From Candidatus Latescibacterota bacterium (lineage in GTDB: Bacteria; Latescibacterota; UBA2968; UBA8231), in the NCBI GenBank assembly GCA_965197905.1, contig CBDAOB010000005.1, positions 2,560,001 through 2,624,000 of the forward strand: 64,000 bases of DNA, written 5' to 3'. Of this stretch, positions 47,680 through 58,341 are shown piece after piece (the first letter of the stretch is position 1; each line of letters starts with the position of its first letter). A model generated the notes under the pieces. That model made no database searches and was not told the DNA's origin. It saw only the letters and a program-made list of their open reading frames with translations. Both the position numbers and the translations under genes were made by a program.

Positions 47680-49089
47680 GTGGATCGCACGTCCGTGTTG
47701 TGGTGTATCATCCTGGCGGGATTGATCAACGCCGCTGCCGCATTCGGCCAATCACCCTTGTTTGTCACTACGACCAACTTCGAGACCGGGAGCACCGCCT
47801 TCCTGGCGGCAGAAGCCGAGGAGGCTGAGGTGAACCTCCTTACCATTCACGGAGATGCCGTAGCGCGGTTTCATCGGGGAAAGATCTACGTAATCAACCG
47901 CCTGGGGCAGGACAACATCCTGGTGCTCGACCCTCGTGATCTGCGCCGGCCAGAGTTGCAGTTTTCGGTGGGCAACGGCTCCAACCCATACGATATCGAG
48001 GTGGTCTCCGAGGCGAAAGCCTACGTGTCCCGGTTGGCGATGACGGAGCTTCTGATCGTGGATCCTCGAGACGGTCGCGAATTGGGGACGGTAGACCTCT
48101 CACTGTTCGGCGATGAGGACGGCTTCCCGGAAATGGCCGAGATGGCGGTGGTCGGCAAGCGCCTCTACATAGCGTGCCAGCTGCTCGACACCTCGACCTT
48201 CATCCCTGCTCCCCAGGGTCTCATCGTAGTAGTCGACATCGAGACAGACCAAGTTGTCGATATGGACCCCGACCGCGATGGGGTGCAGGGTTGGACCTTG
48301 GCCGCGGGCAATCCGCTCTCTCTGGTGGCACTGGAGAATCAGTTGTTCATTTCCGAAACCGCAGCTTTTCTTGACACGAAAGGCGGCATCGAAGCTATCG
48401 ATGTGGCAGCGGGAACGAGTAGAGGATTGGTGGTGACCGAAGGCGAGCTCGGGGGCGACGTTGGCGCACTGGATATGGTCACTCCCACTCGCGGGTACGT
48501 GGTGGTTTCGGACGCCAGCTTTGCCAATCACGTAGTGCCGTTCGATCTCGCAACAGGGACGGTTGGCGAGCAACTTACGGGTCATTCCACCGGCTTCATT
48601 CCGTCCATTGCCGCCGACGGCAGCCGGCTCGTGGTAGCAGACACCGGCACCTTTGACGGCAGCAGCCCCGCCGGTCTTCTCATCTACGATGTCTCCACCA
48701 ATGCGCTGACCGCCGGGCCTATTTCCACTGGGCTGCCGCCGTCCGACATTGCCGTACTGAGGGAGCGGTCGACGGCAACGGCAGTCGAGGATGTCGCGGC
48801 CGCCCTGCCAGGAAGGTTCGTCTTGAGTGCGGTCTATCCAAATCCTTTCAACGCCGAGGTTTCGATCGCCTTCGAGGCGATGGCCGACCGGCCGATGGAA
48901 CTGGCGGTGTATGACCTCCTGGGGCGCCGCGTGAATATTCTCAAAGCTGGCTACGCGACCCGCGGACCACAGACCGTTGTCTGGAATGGACTCGACGACG
49001 CGGGAATGGTGGTGGGCTCTGGTGTCTACCTCCTGCGCCTCCGTCAGGGTTCGCGTCAAACCTCGGCAAAGGTAGCTCTATTGAAGTAG
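47680..49089 (+). CDS. B12-regulated YncE/BtuG-like beta-propeller with FlgD-Ig/T9SS CTD
   Basis: AAGGAGG RBS. SPI-type signal with no lipobox. YVINR..DNI.V, SNPYDI...KAYVS blades. YPNPFN...WNG.D..G..V.SGVY...KVALLK. Confidence 0.8.
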   Translation: MDRTSVLWCIILAGLINAAAAFGQSPLFVTTTNFETGSTAFLAAEAEEAEVNLLTIHGDAVARFHRGKIYVINRLGQDNILVLDPRDLRRPELQFSVGNGSNPYDIEVVSEAKAYVSRLAMTELLIVDPRDGRELGTVDLSLFGDEDGFPEMAEMAVVGKRLYIACQLLDTSTFIPAPQGLIVVVDIETDQVVDMDPDRDGVQGWTLAAGNPLSLVALENQLFISETAAFLDTKGGIEAIDVAAGTSRGLVVTEGELGGDVGALDMVTPTRGYVVVSDASFANHVVPFDLATGTVGEQLTGHSTGFIPSIAADGSRLVVADTGTFDGSSPAGLLIYDVSTNALTAGPISTGLPPSDIAVLRERSTATAVEDVAAALPGRFVLSAVYPNPFNAEVSIAFEAMADRPMELAVYDLLGRRVNILKAGYATRGPQTVVWNGLDDAGMVVGSGVYLLRLRQGSRQTSAKVALLK

Positions 49090-49119
49090 TAGGTCGGATG
49101 CTAAGACCCAGGTGATGGG

Positions 49120-51982
49120 TCAAAACGTCCGGCGACGGCTCAGATCGATGGCGTGGGTCTGCACGGAACCGCTACCTGAGTATTTGGCCAGGAACCAGGC
49201 ATCGGACCTCTTTTCAACCTGGAACTCCAGCTCGAACGCCTGTTTTCCCAGCCAGGGTAACGAGACCCACCAGGGTGCTTGAATGCTCTCGGCGAGGGGT
49301 CGGAGCGGTTCGTTCCGCTTTGCGGTCTCTAAGAACTCCCTGTCCTGTGCGAACCAGTCCTCGATCTGTTTCTCGGTCGCTCCCCGGTCAGATCCGGCGG
49401 TCACGAAAACCGCCAGACTGATCGGTTGAGGCCGCTTCTCGGTCCAGCTGGACCAGACGTTTCCCTGCAGTTGGTAGCGCACCACGTACTCACCTGGCTC
49501 GAGTCCCGATAAGGGTTCGACAACGGCCATGCCATCGGCAGCAGCCGTCGATGTCAGGTCGGAGAACCGCTGCACCGGTTCGTTGATCGCGGGGGGCGAT
49601 TCGGGATGATAGTCGAGGTTTATCCGCTCCAGCGACAGCTCGCCGTCGCCGGAGAAGAGTATGTGTGTGTAGCCCAGCCAGGGCCGCCGAACGGAAAAGC
49701 TTGTCTCCCACTGACCGCCTTCCTGGGGGTTCAGGGGTTTCGTGGTACGGCGTTCCCAGGAAGAGATCGCAGGTACCGTCATTCGTGCGGAAAACAGCAG
49801 ATGTCCCGGCACCTGCCCGGACTGAGAACGTGCGATTACATCTGGAAGAAATATGCGATAGCGTCCAGACTGCAGAAACGGCATGTAGGTCGAGGTCAAC
49901 AATCCGGCCGAATGTTTGCCAGCGACTGCCGCGAAGCGGCGTCCTTCGTGTCGTTCACCCGTGCGCTCCACCTCGCGGTGCACCAGTGTCGAGCGCACCA
50001 TGCCACGCATGGGCTCTCCGTCTCTTGCGAAGTCGATATTGGCTAAGTCTGGCAATACCGCAGCCTTCAAGCGAGACCCCAGTGTTTCCGTGCGGCCCCA
50101 CAGGAACACCACTACACAGATCGCGACCAGGCAGGCCACTCGCCGCAAGCGATGCAGGGCGCGGTCGGCGATCAACAGGTAGATGGCGCCGAACCCCAAC
50201 AGCCCCCAATTGAGCAGATCCCACAGGTAGGTGTTTGCGTGAGAGGCCGAATAGAAGTGAACGTGCCACGGATAGTACTGGTTGATAGAGCGATTCGCCA
50301 GATTGTACCCGTCGTACCCCGTTTCCGGAATCACGATCGTATCGAGCAAACCGTCCGCGCCGATGGCAAGCGCCAGCAGCGCCAGGAAGAACCCTAAGAT
50401 TCGATGGCGGATCACTTCTATAGCAATCGCCAGGCACAGGACCAACGCGGGCAAGGCGGTTAACAAAAAACGGGCGGGGAAGCAGAATCCAAAACCCCAA
50501 TCGGTGTGCAGCCCGTTGACCATCGCCGAGACGCCGTAGATTCCAACCGCCAGGGCGAAGCGACGGTCACGGACGCGCGCGAGAATGACCAACCCGGCCA
50601 GGCTCAAAAGGAATATCGGGGAGGAATTTGCGATGCCTTTGCGCACGTGAAACCAATGGCCCGGAAGCGAAACGGACCAGGTGGAAGGATTGAGCGCACC
50701 CTCTTCCCACGCGTTGCCTGGCCGAAACGGACCCATCCAATCGCCGCTGAAAGCGTAGTTGAAGGAGACGATCGCGTAGAGTCCGCAAAACCCCACGATT
50801 CCCAGGATGCCCAAGGCGAGATTTCGCCTCGGCGAGTACCATGTCTGCAGGATGATAAGCGCGCCTCCGCCAAGGGCGATGGGTGCGAACCGCGGGTGGA
50901 GGAACGGAAGCGCAATCAAGAGCGCCGCCAGTATCCCGATCCATAGCGGTTCCGGTCCCCCCAGGGGGCGATAGCCTCCCCCGGGTTTCTGCCAGCGCCG
51001 TGGCCGCGAGTAGCGCTAAGAAAATGACCAGAGCAGGCACATCTGGGAAAAGCTGATTGCTAAACGGGAACAGCGGGGCTGAAAGCGCCAAGATTGTGGT
51101 CGATGTCCAGGCGACCCAGGGCCTAGTACCCAATCGCAGTAGCCATAGAAGACAGAGGGAGACACACCCCGCAGCGATGGCGGCCATCGCCAACGCGCAA
51201 GTCAGGCGGGGATTCCCCCACCAGCTCAACCCGAGCTCGTAGAACGGCATGAGCAGTACGGAGAGTCCGATCGGGTGCACGGAATAGAGCTTCCCGGGGG
51301 GCGAGGAGGAAGCCTTGTGCACGTCGAATCTCAGGTTGTGGAACTCGGCGATGTGGTGATCGTCGAGATTGTTGGTCAGATCCATGTCGCCGTCCCGCAG
51401 CAGACTTTGCGTCACGCGCAGGTACTGACCTTCGTCCCCGTGCAGGAGGGTTACCTGGCAAAAGTAGAAGGTGTAGGCGCCGTAGACAGGTAAGGCAATC
51501 GCCAGGGCGATCAGTGACGCCCGCACTGGCGTTAGAGTCTTTTTGTCTCCCCGCTGAACCGACGGAAGATGGAGGTAGAGAAGCCAGGAAAGACCGAGCG
51601 CCCAGGTGCAATGAGGCGACCAGAGGAAGGTGATGAAAGGTAGGAAATAGGTTGGCAGATCCCAGAGCGCGAGCAGTTTCACAGCACTGGAGACAGCACA
51701 CAGTACCGTCATCTGCCGAACCCGTTCACCTAACGCCGCAGCCTCCTCATCAGCAAAGCGCGCATGCGCCATGATGATTCCACCAATCCCGAGAAACCAG
51801 GGCAGGACAAGCCAGGTTGGCTGCCAGCGGGGATTGACGACGGCAAGCTCCAAAACCTCCCGAGAGGCAGCCATATCCACGTCGATGCAGTTGATCAGAT
51901 ACCACACCAACCAGGTTGTCGCAGCGGCGCAGATATCTGCGGACGGGTACCTGAGCAGATTGTACCTGGGAGGGATAATCAC
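49120..51982 (-). CDS. Large polytopic membrane protein, GT-C glycosyltransferase-like (frameshift near 50995)
   Basis: HGDEGQYL..TQSLL.DGD.DL, YSVHPIG, QLFPD in ORF 50567..51982. A one-base shift continues as WQKPGGG...LPFLHPRF...GFCFPARFLL in ORF 49120..50919. Confidence 0.65.
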
Positions 51983-51983
51983 C

Positions 51984-52544
51984 TCACGTCGTTCTGAGGT
52001 TGGAATCGAGAGGGAACAGCTCGTTCAGCACCATGAATGGCTTCCCGCCGTGGACGAGACGGAAGCTGCGGCTGGCGCATCTGATACCGGCGAACAGCCG
52101 AATCGCTGGAATCTCCTTTAGTGCCTCTTCTCCGTACCAGAGCAGCTCGCGATGGGTTTCGGCGCCACTCTGTTGCAACAGCTGACCCAGTCCCACTTGT
52201 TGGGATTCGATCCCAGCGCGAAGAGTGGGCGGTAGACGATCGAGCACCATGCGGGATTCCCCGACGACGTAGAGGCGCGAGCTCTGCTCCCCGCTGAGAT
52301 ACACGGTGCGCCGCACGATCTCGCTTCCGACCGCAATATCCAACCAGGGATCTGCTTCCTCACAATGTAATCTCGTCTGATCGAGACAGACGACCCGCAC
52401 CATCTCTCCTTCGAATGCTTCTATGAATTGGGTGACAAACCCCGGGATAACCATGAGACCCCGATGAAAGGGCGTCAGGGATTCGAGATCTATATCGCCG
52501 ATGTGGTCAGGTTTGTGAGTCTGAGCAACAAAAAGCTCGTCCAT
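51984..52544 (-). CDS. Chorismate pyruvate-lyase-like protein (UbiC/DUF98 fold)
   Basis: R.LM...G.VT..IEA, RR.V.L.G, GLGQLL....ETHRELL, R.FRL..GGKP.M.L.E.FP. Confidence 0.7.
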   Translation of the reverse strand: MDELFVAQTHKPDHIGDIDLESLTPFHRGLMVIPGFVTQFIEAFEGEMVRVVCLDQTRLHCEEADPWLDIAVGSEIVRRTVYLSGEQSSRLYVVGESRMVLDRLPPTLRAGIESQQVGLGQLLQQSGAETHRELLWYGEEALKEIPAIRLFAGIRCASRSFRLVHGGKPFMVLNELFPLDSNLRTT

Positions 52545-52550
52545 TCGTTC

Positions 52551-54678
52551 CTATCGCGTTTCCCCGAGCACCTCCCAGATTTGATAAATGGGGGTGTCGA
52601 TCGTAAGCGGCCGGAAGTATTTCCGATCGAAGACGTGGCGTACGAATAGCTGGTTAAACACCGACTGGCCGAAATCAGGAGATGTCAAGGCTGCGAACGC
52701 ATAGCTAGCATTCAAATCGAGCTGCATACCCCGCTCGTGATAACTCTTCTGTCTCCTCCGGTTTTCGTCGAAAACGCTCAGAATGGTAATGGGAATCCGT
52801 GATTGAACTCGACTAAGCCCGGGTGTTATGTAGTTTGGCCGATAACTCTCCCTGTTAAAACGTACGAATCCCGTGGTCAAATCAATCGCGATGTCGTTGT
52901 CGAACAACAACTGTTCGCCACTTCTGGTTGCTCGATATAGCGGTATGAATTCCGGATGAATGCCGTCCTTTTTTCCGATGTCCCACGTTCCGAACCAATA
53001 CCACCAGTGCACGCTGTCGACCATCAACTGGTCCAGGTAGAGATAGACAGGAGGTGCTTCCGCGGGATAAAAAAAGTCGAGCCAATCGTCGACGGACCGG
53101 TACGAGGATACGGTCTTCAGATTGGCATCTTCAAGTGTTTCAGCCGCCCTCCGCGGCCCTTCGTCCAAAATTTTAGTCATTAGCCGCATTCCTGCTTCTT
53201 TGTCTCCGTCGGCAGCTTCGTAAAGTTGCCCAATTCCAGTCTTCCCCCGCACTACGTAGAAACGCATGAAGTTGGCGGCAAACCGGAAACTGGGCGATGC
53301 CATGGGCATACCGTTGTAGACCGTTCGCTCGCCATCATGCGCCGACCCATCGTTGATCGTTCCCCTCCGGGCCCAATAGTTCAGGCTATACCCGTGGTCC
53401 CACCAAGCCCATATTATGGCGTCCCCAGGCGTGCTCGCGGAAATTTGATCCATGGCAGCCACGTAGTACCCGAGTTCCTTAGGTTGGAGAACCTGACGCA
53501 TGTCGTGACGGATCAACGGCCACAAAAGAACCCCGCCGATGATTGGAGCGACAAAAGCAAGCTTCCTCCGGTCCTTGCACCGGCGCCAAATCTCATTCAG
53601 GAGAAATCCGATTCCCAGACCAATCACCGGAACCAGGAAGATGAGGAACCGCATTGCCAAGATGGAAAGCGCTCCGAGTGACAGCAATACGAGGAGCAAC
53701 AGAAAGTCACGACGGTGACGGGCGGCGCACCATATGAGACCCGCTACCGCGATTACAAAATGGAACCAACCGTGCGCGGCTAGGTCGACGATAGCACGAA
53801 GATTTGCCCCTTCCTGTTCGAGCACCGACACCCCTATGTTCGGAAACGCTTCCCTCTTTGCCTCGACGATGTACCCCAACGACGCGGCGATCGATTGTAG
53901 AAACAGCGCAGGCAGATCGAACCCTAGCGTAGCCAGTGCGATCATTGCTGCGCAGCCGCAAGCGCCCGAGAAAAATCAAACCTTCCCGGCGTTTGGGGCG
54001 ATAGTGGAGGACCAATGACAATACAAGTGCCATCGCGGAGATAGCGACGACAGCATGCTCGGCTTGATCCCACCACCAGATGAACAATCCTGCACTGGTT
54101 ATTGCGGCGCAGAAATAGGCGTAACGCCGAACTGAGGTCTCCACGGCGAAGCGTAGAAGGAAATACAGAATCAGCAAAGTCCATGTTACGTTCAGACAAT
54201 CGGTGTCAAACCAACCGAAACCGGTCCTGTAAGCGTACAAAGGGGAAAATACGGCAAACAACCCAGCCGTGACTCCTATCGATGTGCCGCCGTAAAACCG
54301 GCCCAGAGCGAAAAGTGGCACGGCGATGAAGGACCCGAGCACGGTCGGTAGAACCGCGGCAATCCAGGGCATGGAAAAGGGCGTCGCGACATTGAGAAGG
54401 GCGGCGATGCAGGAAAGCAATGGGGGCACGACAGGTCGCGGCGCGAAATCGGGAACAGCCCGATGTGTATCCACCGGAGAATAGGTACCCTCCACGAGAT
54501 CCCGCGCCAGGCTCATATAGAAGGGAGCGTCGAACGTGGTCAGCATCGGCTCTCCGTCGTGAAAATAGATTTCCGGATGCTTTTTCCACTCGTGGATATC
54601 CGCCAGCCGAGTGCCAGCCCCGCACGAGACGATGGCCAGTAGTACCAGGACGTGTTTCCAGAACCGGCTGGTACTCAC
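52551..54678 (-). CDS. STT3/PglB/AglB oligosaccharyltransferase (extra base at CCC 53965-53967)
   Basis: TTFDAPFY, GWFDTD, SVLE, WAWWDHGY and TINDG motifs. Removing one base joins ORFs 53707..54678 and 52551..53945 (IFLGACGCAAMIAL) into 708 aa. Confidence 0.88.
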
Positions 54679-55464
54679 TTACCAGGCCGTCCAGCCACCG
54701 TCGATCGGCACGATGGCTCCGTTGACGTAAGCGCTCGCTTGAGAAGCCAGAAACAACAGAGCTGTGGCCAACTCGGTTGGACGTCCGAACCGGTGCTGTG
54801 GTGTCAGCGAGCCAAGAGTGGTGTTTGCTTTCCTGTTGGCCAGCAGCGAGCTGGTCATCTCCGTTTCGAAGTAACCCGGTGCGATGGCGTTCGAGGTGAT
54901 TCCAAACTCCGCCCACTCCACCGCCTGAGATCTCGTGAGCCCGATCAAGGCATGCTTGCTTACGGTATAAGCGCCTAAGCCGTCGATCGGGGCGGCGCTC
55001 ATCCCGTGCACCGACGCGATGTTGATGATGCGCCCTGAACCTGTTTCTGAGAGGAGCGGGAAGAGAGCTTTGGCCAACAACCATTGGGATGTGACGTTAA
55101 GATCGACTACGTCGTTGAACCTAGATTCCTGCATTTCTTCCAATCTAGCCCGGTCGGCGATTCCCGCATTCGCCACCAGAATGTCGCAGCCGCTGAGACG
55201 GGCGGTCGCGCACTCGGCGACACGAGCGATTTCTCCCCGATCGGAGAGATCGGCGGTGAAGGTAAAAACACGCCCCTCGAACTCTTCCAGCTCGGCAGCG
55301 AGCATCTCGAGTCGTTCGGACCTCCGGGCTACGATCAACGTGTCCGCGCCGGCACTGACCAGTGCTCTCGCCATTTCCCGCCCGAGTCCGCTGGACGCTC
55401 CGGTGACGATCGCTTTACGTCCCTTGCATCCGAAAAGGGAGTAGAGGTAATCCGCACTATTCAT
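54679..55464 (-). CDS. Short-chain dehydrogenase/reductase
   Basis: TGASSGLG, ANAG, YTVSK, NAIAPGYF, IDGGW. Confidence 0.9.
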   Translation of the reverse strand: MNSADYLYSLFGCKGRKAIVTGASSGLGREMARALVSAGADTLIVARRSERLEMLAAELEEFEGRVFTFTADLSDRGEIARVAECATARLSGCDILVANAGIADRARLEEMQESRFNDVVDLNVTSQWLLAKALFPLLSETGSGRIINIASVHGMSAAPIDGLGAYTVSKHALIGLTRSQAVEWAEFGITSNAIAPGYFETEMTSSLLANRKANTTLGSLTPQHRFGRPTELATALLFLASQASAYVNGAIVPIDGGWTAW

Positions 55465-55478
55465 TAGAGCTGTCGGTG

Positions 55479-56780
55479 TCAGACGGGCGCCCTGAACCGA
55501 GCGAAATGGATCTGATCATCTAGCAGTGTCAAAGCGGTGAAGCTCTGGATGTCGGTGCGGGTTGAATCGAGATGGGCAACCGCGTTGCGGAGAAATCGCC
55601 ATTGCCCCTCACTGGATGGACCCCGGTTCTGGAGTTTCCGATTGAACGCGACGATCTCGTCCTCTGGCTTGTCCAATCGCGCTCCGAGCCAATCAGCTAC
55701 CGATTCGTCCGTATCTCCGTTGTCCAGCCCTGTAAGAAACTCATCCTGAGTGAGACCGAGAAACTCCAGTACGGCCCGGTCGATGCCCGACTCGTCGCCG
55801 AACCAGTACCCGCCCAAGGCATCGGACCGGACGGCCCTGGCCTTGTCGATCATCCGTGCGAGTCCGGTCAGACCTCCCACCTCGGTATCATATGGACTTC
55901 TGGGCGGCCGGCGATTCAGGTCCACGATCCCAAAGTTATTCTGGTCATCATAATCGATCAGATCAAACACGCGATCGATCTCGACCCGCTCCGGACACAG
56001 TCGGGACCGCAGCAGGTTCAATCGCTCTCGACCCTGCCCGGATAATCCGAAACGGGTGCGTTCCGCATTGAAGATCGAAATCTCCGTCGCTGTTCGCCGC
56101 GTTTGCGAGCGCACCCATTCTCCCAGCTCACCATCGTTCGGGTTCTCGTAGGCAGCCTCGGTAAATGTCTCGACTTCGATTCCGAGAAATTCCATGGCGC
56201 GGCGATCGAAGCCTGAGTTCTCGCCGTACTTGTAGTCACCGATCTTGCCGACTTTGAAGGCACGGGCCTTGTCAGACATCCTGGCAAGGGTTACAACTCC
56301 TGCGACGGAACGCAGATAAGGGCTGCGGGGAGGACGCCGCGTCAGATCGCGATCGCGGAAGGACCCCCAATCATCGAGCTCGATGGATTGCAGCACCGTC
56401 GTGATCTCGGTGCTCCCCGGCGCATACTTGGCCACCCGCTCCTGTAGCAATCGGCGATGCAGATCATCCTGGGGCTCGAGCTCGAAGTATCCCCGATTGA
56501 ACGATGCGATCTCCTCAGGCGACCTCTGTAACCGTTTCGTGATTTCAGACTCAAGCGCCTCCTCATCCAGATCGGAGGCGAGATCGGCGAACTCGTCGGC
56601 TTGCATTCCGATAAATGCCAATACGTTGGCATCGAGCCCGGAGTTCGCTCCGTATTTGTACTCGCCGAGCGTCTCGTCGCGCTCTGCCCCGGCTTTGTCA
56701 GTCAGTCTCGCGAGGCCGACTATCCCTGCCATGCTCGTGTTGGTTGGCCTCCGAGGCGGTTGTTTCGAAAGGTCCATCAT
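55479..56780 (-). CDS. Protein made of three tandem DUF5069-like domains
   Basis: Three ~140-aa repeats starting DL...PPR.P, each with LAR..DKA.A...G.Y.(Y/F)G..SG.D...L.F(L/I)G and ending (L/Y)DD. Confidence 0.8.
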   Translation of the reverse strand: MMDLSKQPPRRPTNTSMAGIVGLARLTDKAGAERDETLGEYKYGANSGLDANVLAFIGMQADEFADLASDLDEEALESEITKRLQRSPEEIASFNRGYFELEPQDDLHRRLLQERVAKYAPGSTEITTVLQSIELDDWGSFRDRDLTRRPPRSPYLRSVAGVVTLARMSDKARAFKVGKIGDYKYGENSGFDRRAMEFLGIEVETFTEAAYENPNDGELGEWVRSQTRRTATEISIFNAERTRFGLSGQGRERLNLLRSRLCPERVEIDRVFDLIDYDDQNNFGIVDLNRRPPRSPYDTEVGGLTGLARMIDKARAVRSDALGGYWFGDESGIDRAVLEFLGLTQDEFLTGLDNGDTDESVADWLGARLDKPEDEIVAFNRKLQNRGPSSEGQWRFLRNAVAHLDSTRTDIQSFTALTLLDDQIHFARFRAPV

Positions 56781-56850
56781 CAACTCCGTGAGGTTAATCG
56801 TGGGGAATTTTGTAAGCTAAATCAGACTAATTGCGCCCACAACCGGCCGA

Positions 56851-56879
56851 TTGACGACGACGTGGACGGCCGATATTTT
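56851..56879 (+). promoter_or_regulatory. sigma70-type promoter of mutM (leaderless or near-leaderless)
   Basis: TTGACG-17 bp-TATTTT, 8 nt before ATG 56888. No RBS. Confidence 0.55.
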
Positions 56880-56887
56880 TGCTGCCC

Positions 56888-57697
56888 ATGCCCGAACTCC
56901 CCGAAGTCGAGACCGTTCGCTCTGCAATGGCCCGGCATCTGATAGGCCGCACGATCATCTCTGTCGACTTCTCTGGAAAGCCCCTTCGCGAACCACTGCC
57001 CGAAGACCGCCTTTTGGAGCTCGCAGGGCGGCGGTTTTTACAGGCGCGCCGGCGCGCCAAATACCTGATCTTATCGCTGGACGATGGAAGCTCCCTCCTG
57101 ATTCACCTTGGGATGAGCGGGAATCTGCTTTTCAGGGACGTAGGCGAGTTGCACGATCACGCGGTCTTCTATCTGGATCGCGGCCCGACGCTCGTTTTCA
57201 ACGATCCCCGTCGTTTCGGCCTGCTGCTGGTGCTAAAGCCGGGCGAAGAAATCTCCTGCCCTTACCTATGCGATCTAGGGGTCGAACCACTGCAAGCGGA
57301 ATTCGATAGCGACTATCTACACTCGTTCTGCAAGCATAGATCGCGCCCCATCAAGAACCTGATCATGGATAGCAGGATTGTTGCCGGGGTCGGCAATATT
57401 TATGCCAGCGAAGCGCTATTCCGGGCTGGCATAAGACCGACGATACAGGGCAAACGATTGAGTCGGCGGCGCGTCGAGTTGCTGGTGGACGAGATCAAAC
57501 AGGTTCTTGCGGAGGCGATCGAAGCGGGAGGTACGACTGTAAACGATTACAAAGGATCCGGACAGGGAGGACGATTCCAGCAGCAACTGGCGGTCTACGG
57601 AAGGGCCGACGAAAACTGCCTGGTTTGCGATAGCCCCATACAGAATCGAGTTCTGGCCGGCCGCAGCAGTTTCTATTGCACAACCTGCCAGAAATAG
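56888..57697 (+). CDS. mutM: Formamidopyrimidine-DNA glycosylase
   Basis: MPELPEVE, RRAKYL, HLGMSG, DPRRFG, GVGNIYASE, C-terminal C4 zinc finger. Confidence 0.97.
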   Translation: MPELPEVETVRSAMARHLIGRTIISVDFSGKPLREPLPEDRLLELAGRRFLQARRRAKYLILSLDDGSSLLIHLGMSGNLLFRDVGELHDHAVFYLDRGPTLVFNDPRRFGLLLVLKPGEEISCPYLCDLGVEPLQAEFDSDYLHSFCKHRSRPIKNLIMDSRIVAGVGNIYASEALFRAGIRPTIQGKRLSRRRVELLVDEIKQVLAEAIEAGGTTVNDYKGSGQGGRFQQQLAVYGRADENCLVCDSPIQNRVLAGRSSFYCTTCQK

Positions 57698-57712
57698 AGA
57701 CGTACCTCGGGG

Positions 57713-58312
57713 CTATTTTCCGTTTCTTGAGGGGGCCGTGGTGGTGATTATGTCGTCGATCAGCCCGTACTCTTTTGCTTCCTCGGCAGACATGAAGAAG
57801 TCGCGGTCGGTGTCATTGGAGATCTTGTCGATCTCCTGCCCGGTGTGCTCGGCGTAGATTTCGTTAATTTCGTCCCGCAGGCGTACGATCTCTTTCGCCC
57901 GAATATCGAGATCCGTAGAAGTGCCGGTCACCGTTCCCATGATCAGCGGTTGGTGAATCATGATGCGGGCGTGCGGCCAGGCGAAGCGGCGATTCTTTTC
58001 GCCGGCTGCAAGAAGCACCGATCCCATACTGGCTGCCATGCCCATACAGATGGTGGAAACAGGCGACCGAATCGCCTGCATGGCGTCGTATACCGCCATT
58101 CCGTCCGAGGCCGAACCGCCGGGGCTGTTGATGTAAAACATGATTTCCTTGCCGGCGTCTTCAGTTTCCAGAGCGAGGAGCCTGGTGACGACCGCCTTGG
58201 CCGACTCGTCGTTTACGTCCGACCACAGAAAAATCTTGCGCTCCCTGAAGAGGGTCATCTCCAGATTTTTTTCTTGCAGATTCTTGAGTAGGTCTTCTTG
58301 CTCCTCGGCCAT
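57713..58312 (-). CDS. clpP: ATP-dependent Clp protease proteolytic subunit
   Basis: YINSPGG, MAASMG (Ser), MIHQP (His), DRDFFMSAEEAKEYGLID. Confidence 0.96.
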   Translation of the reverse strand: MAEEQEDLLKNLQEKNLEMTLFRERKIFLWSDVNDESAKAVVTRLLALETEDAGKEIMFYINSPGGSASDGMAVYDAMQAIRSPVSTICMGMAASMGSVLLAAGEKNRRFAWPHARIMIHQPLIMGTVTGTSTDLDIRAKEIVRLRDEINEIYAEHTGQEIDKISNDTDRDFFMSAEEAKEYGLIDDIITTTAPSRNGK

Positions 58313-58341
58313 CGTTTCGCTCCCGTTAGGTAGATAGAGTT

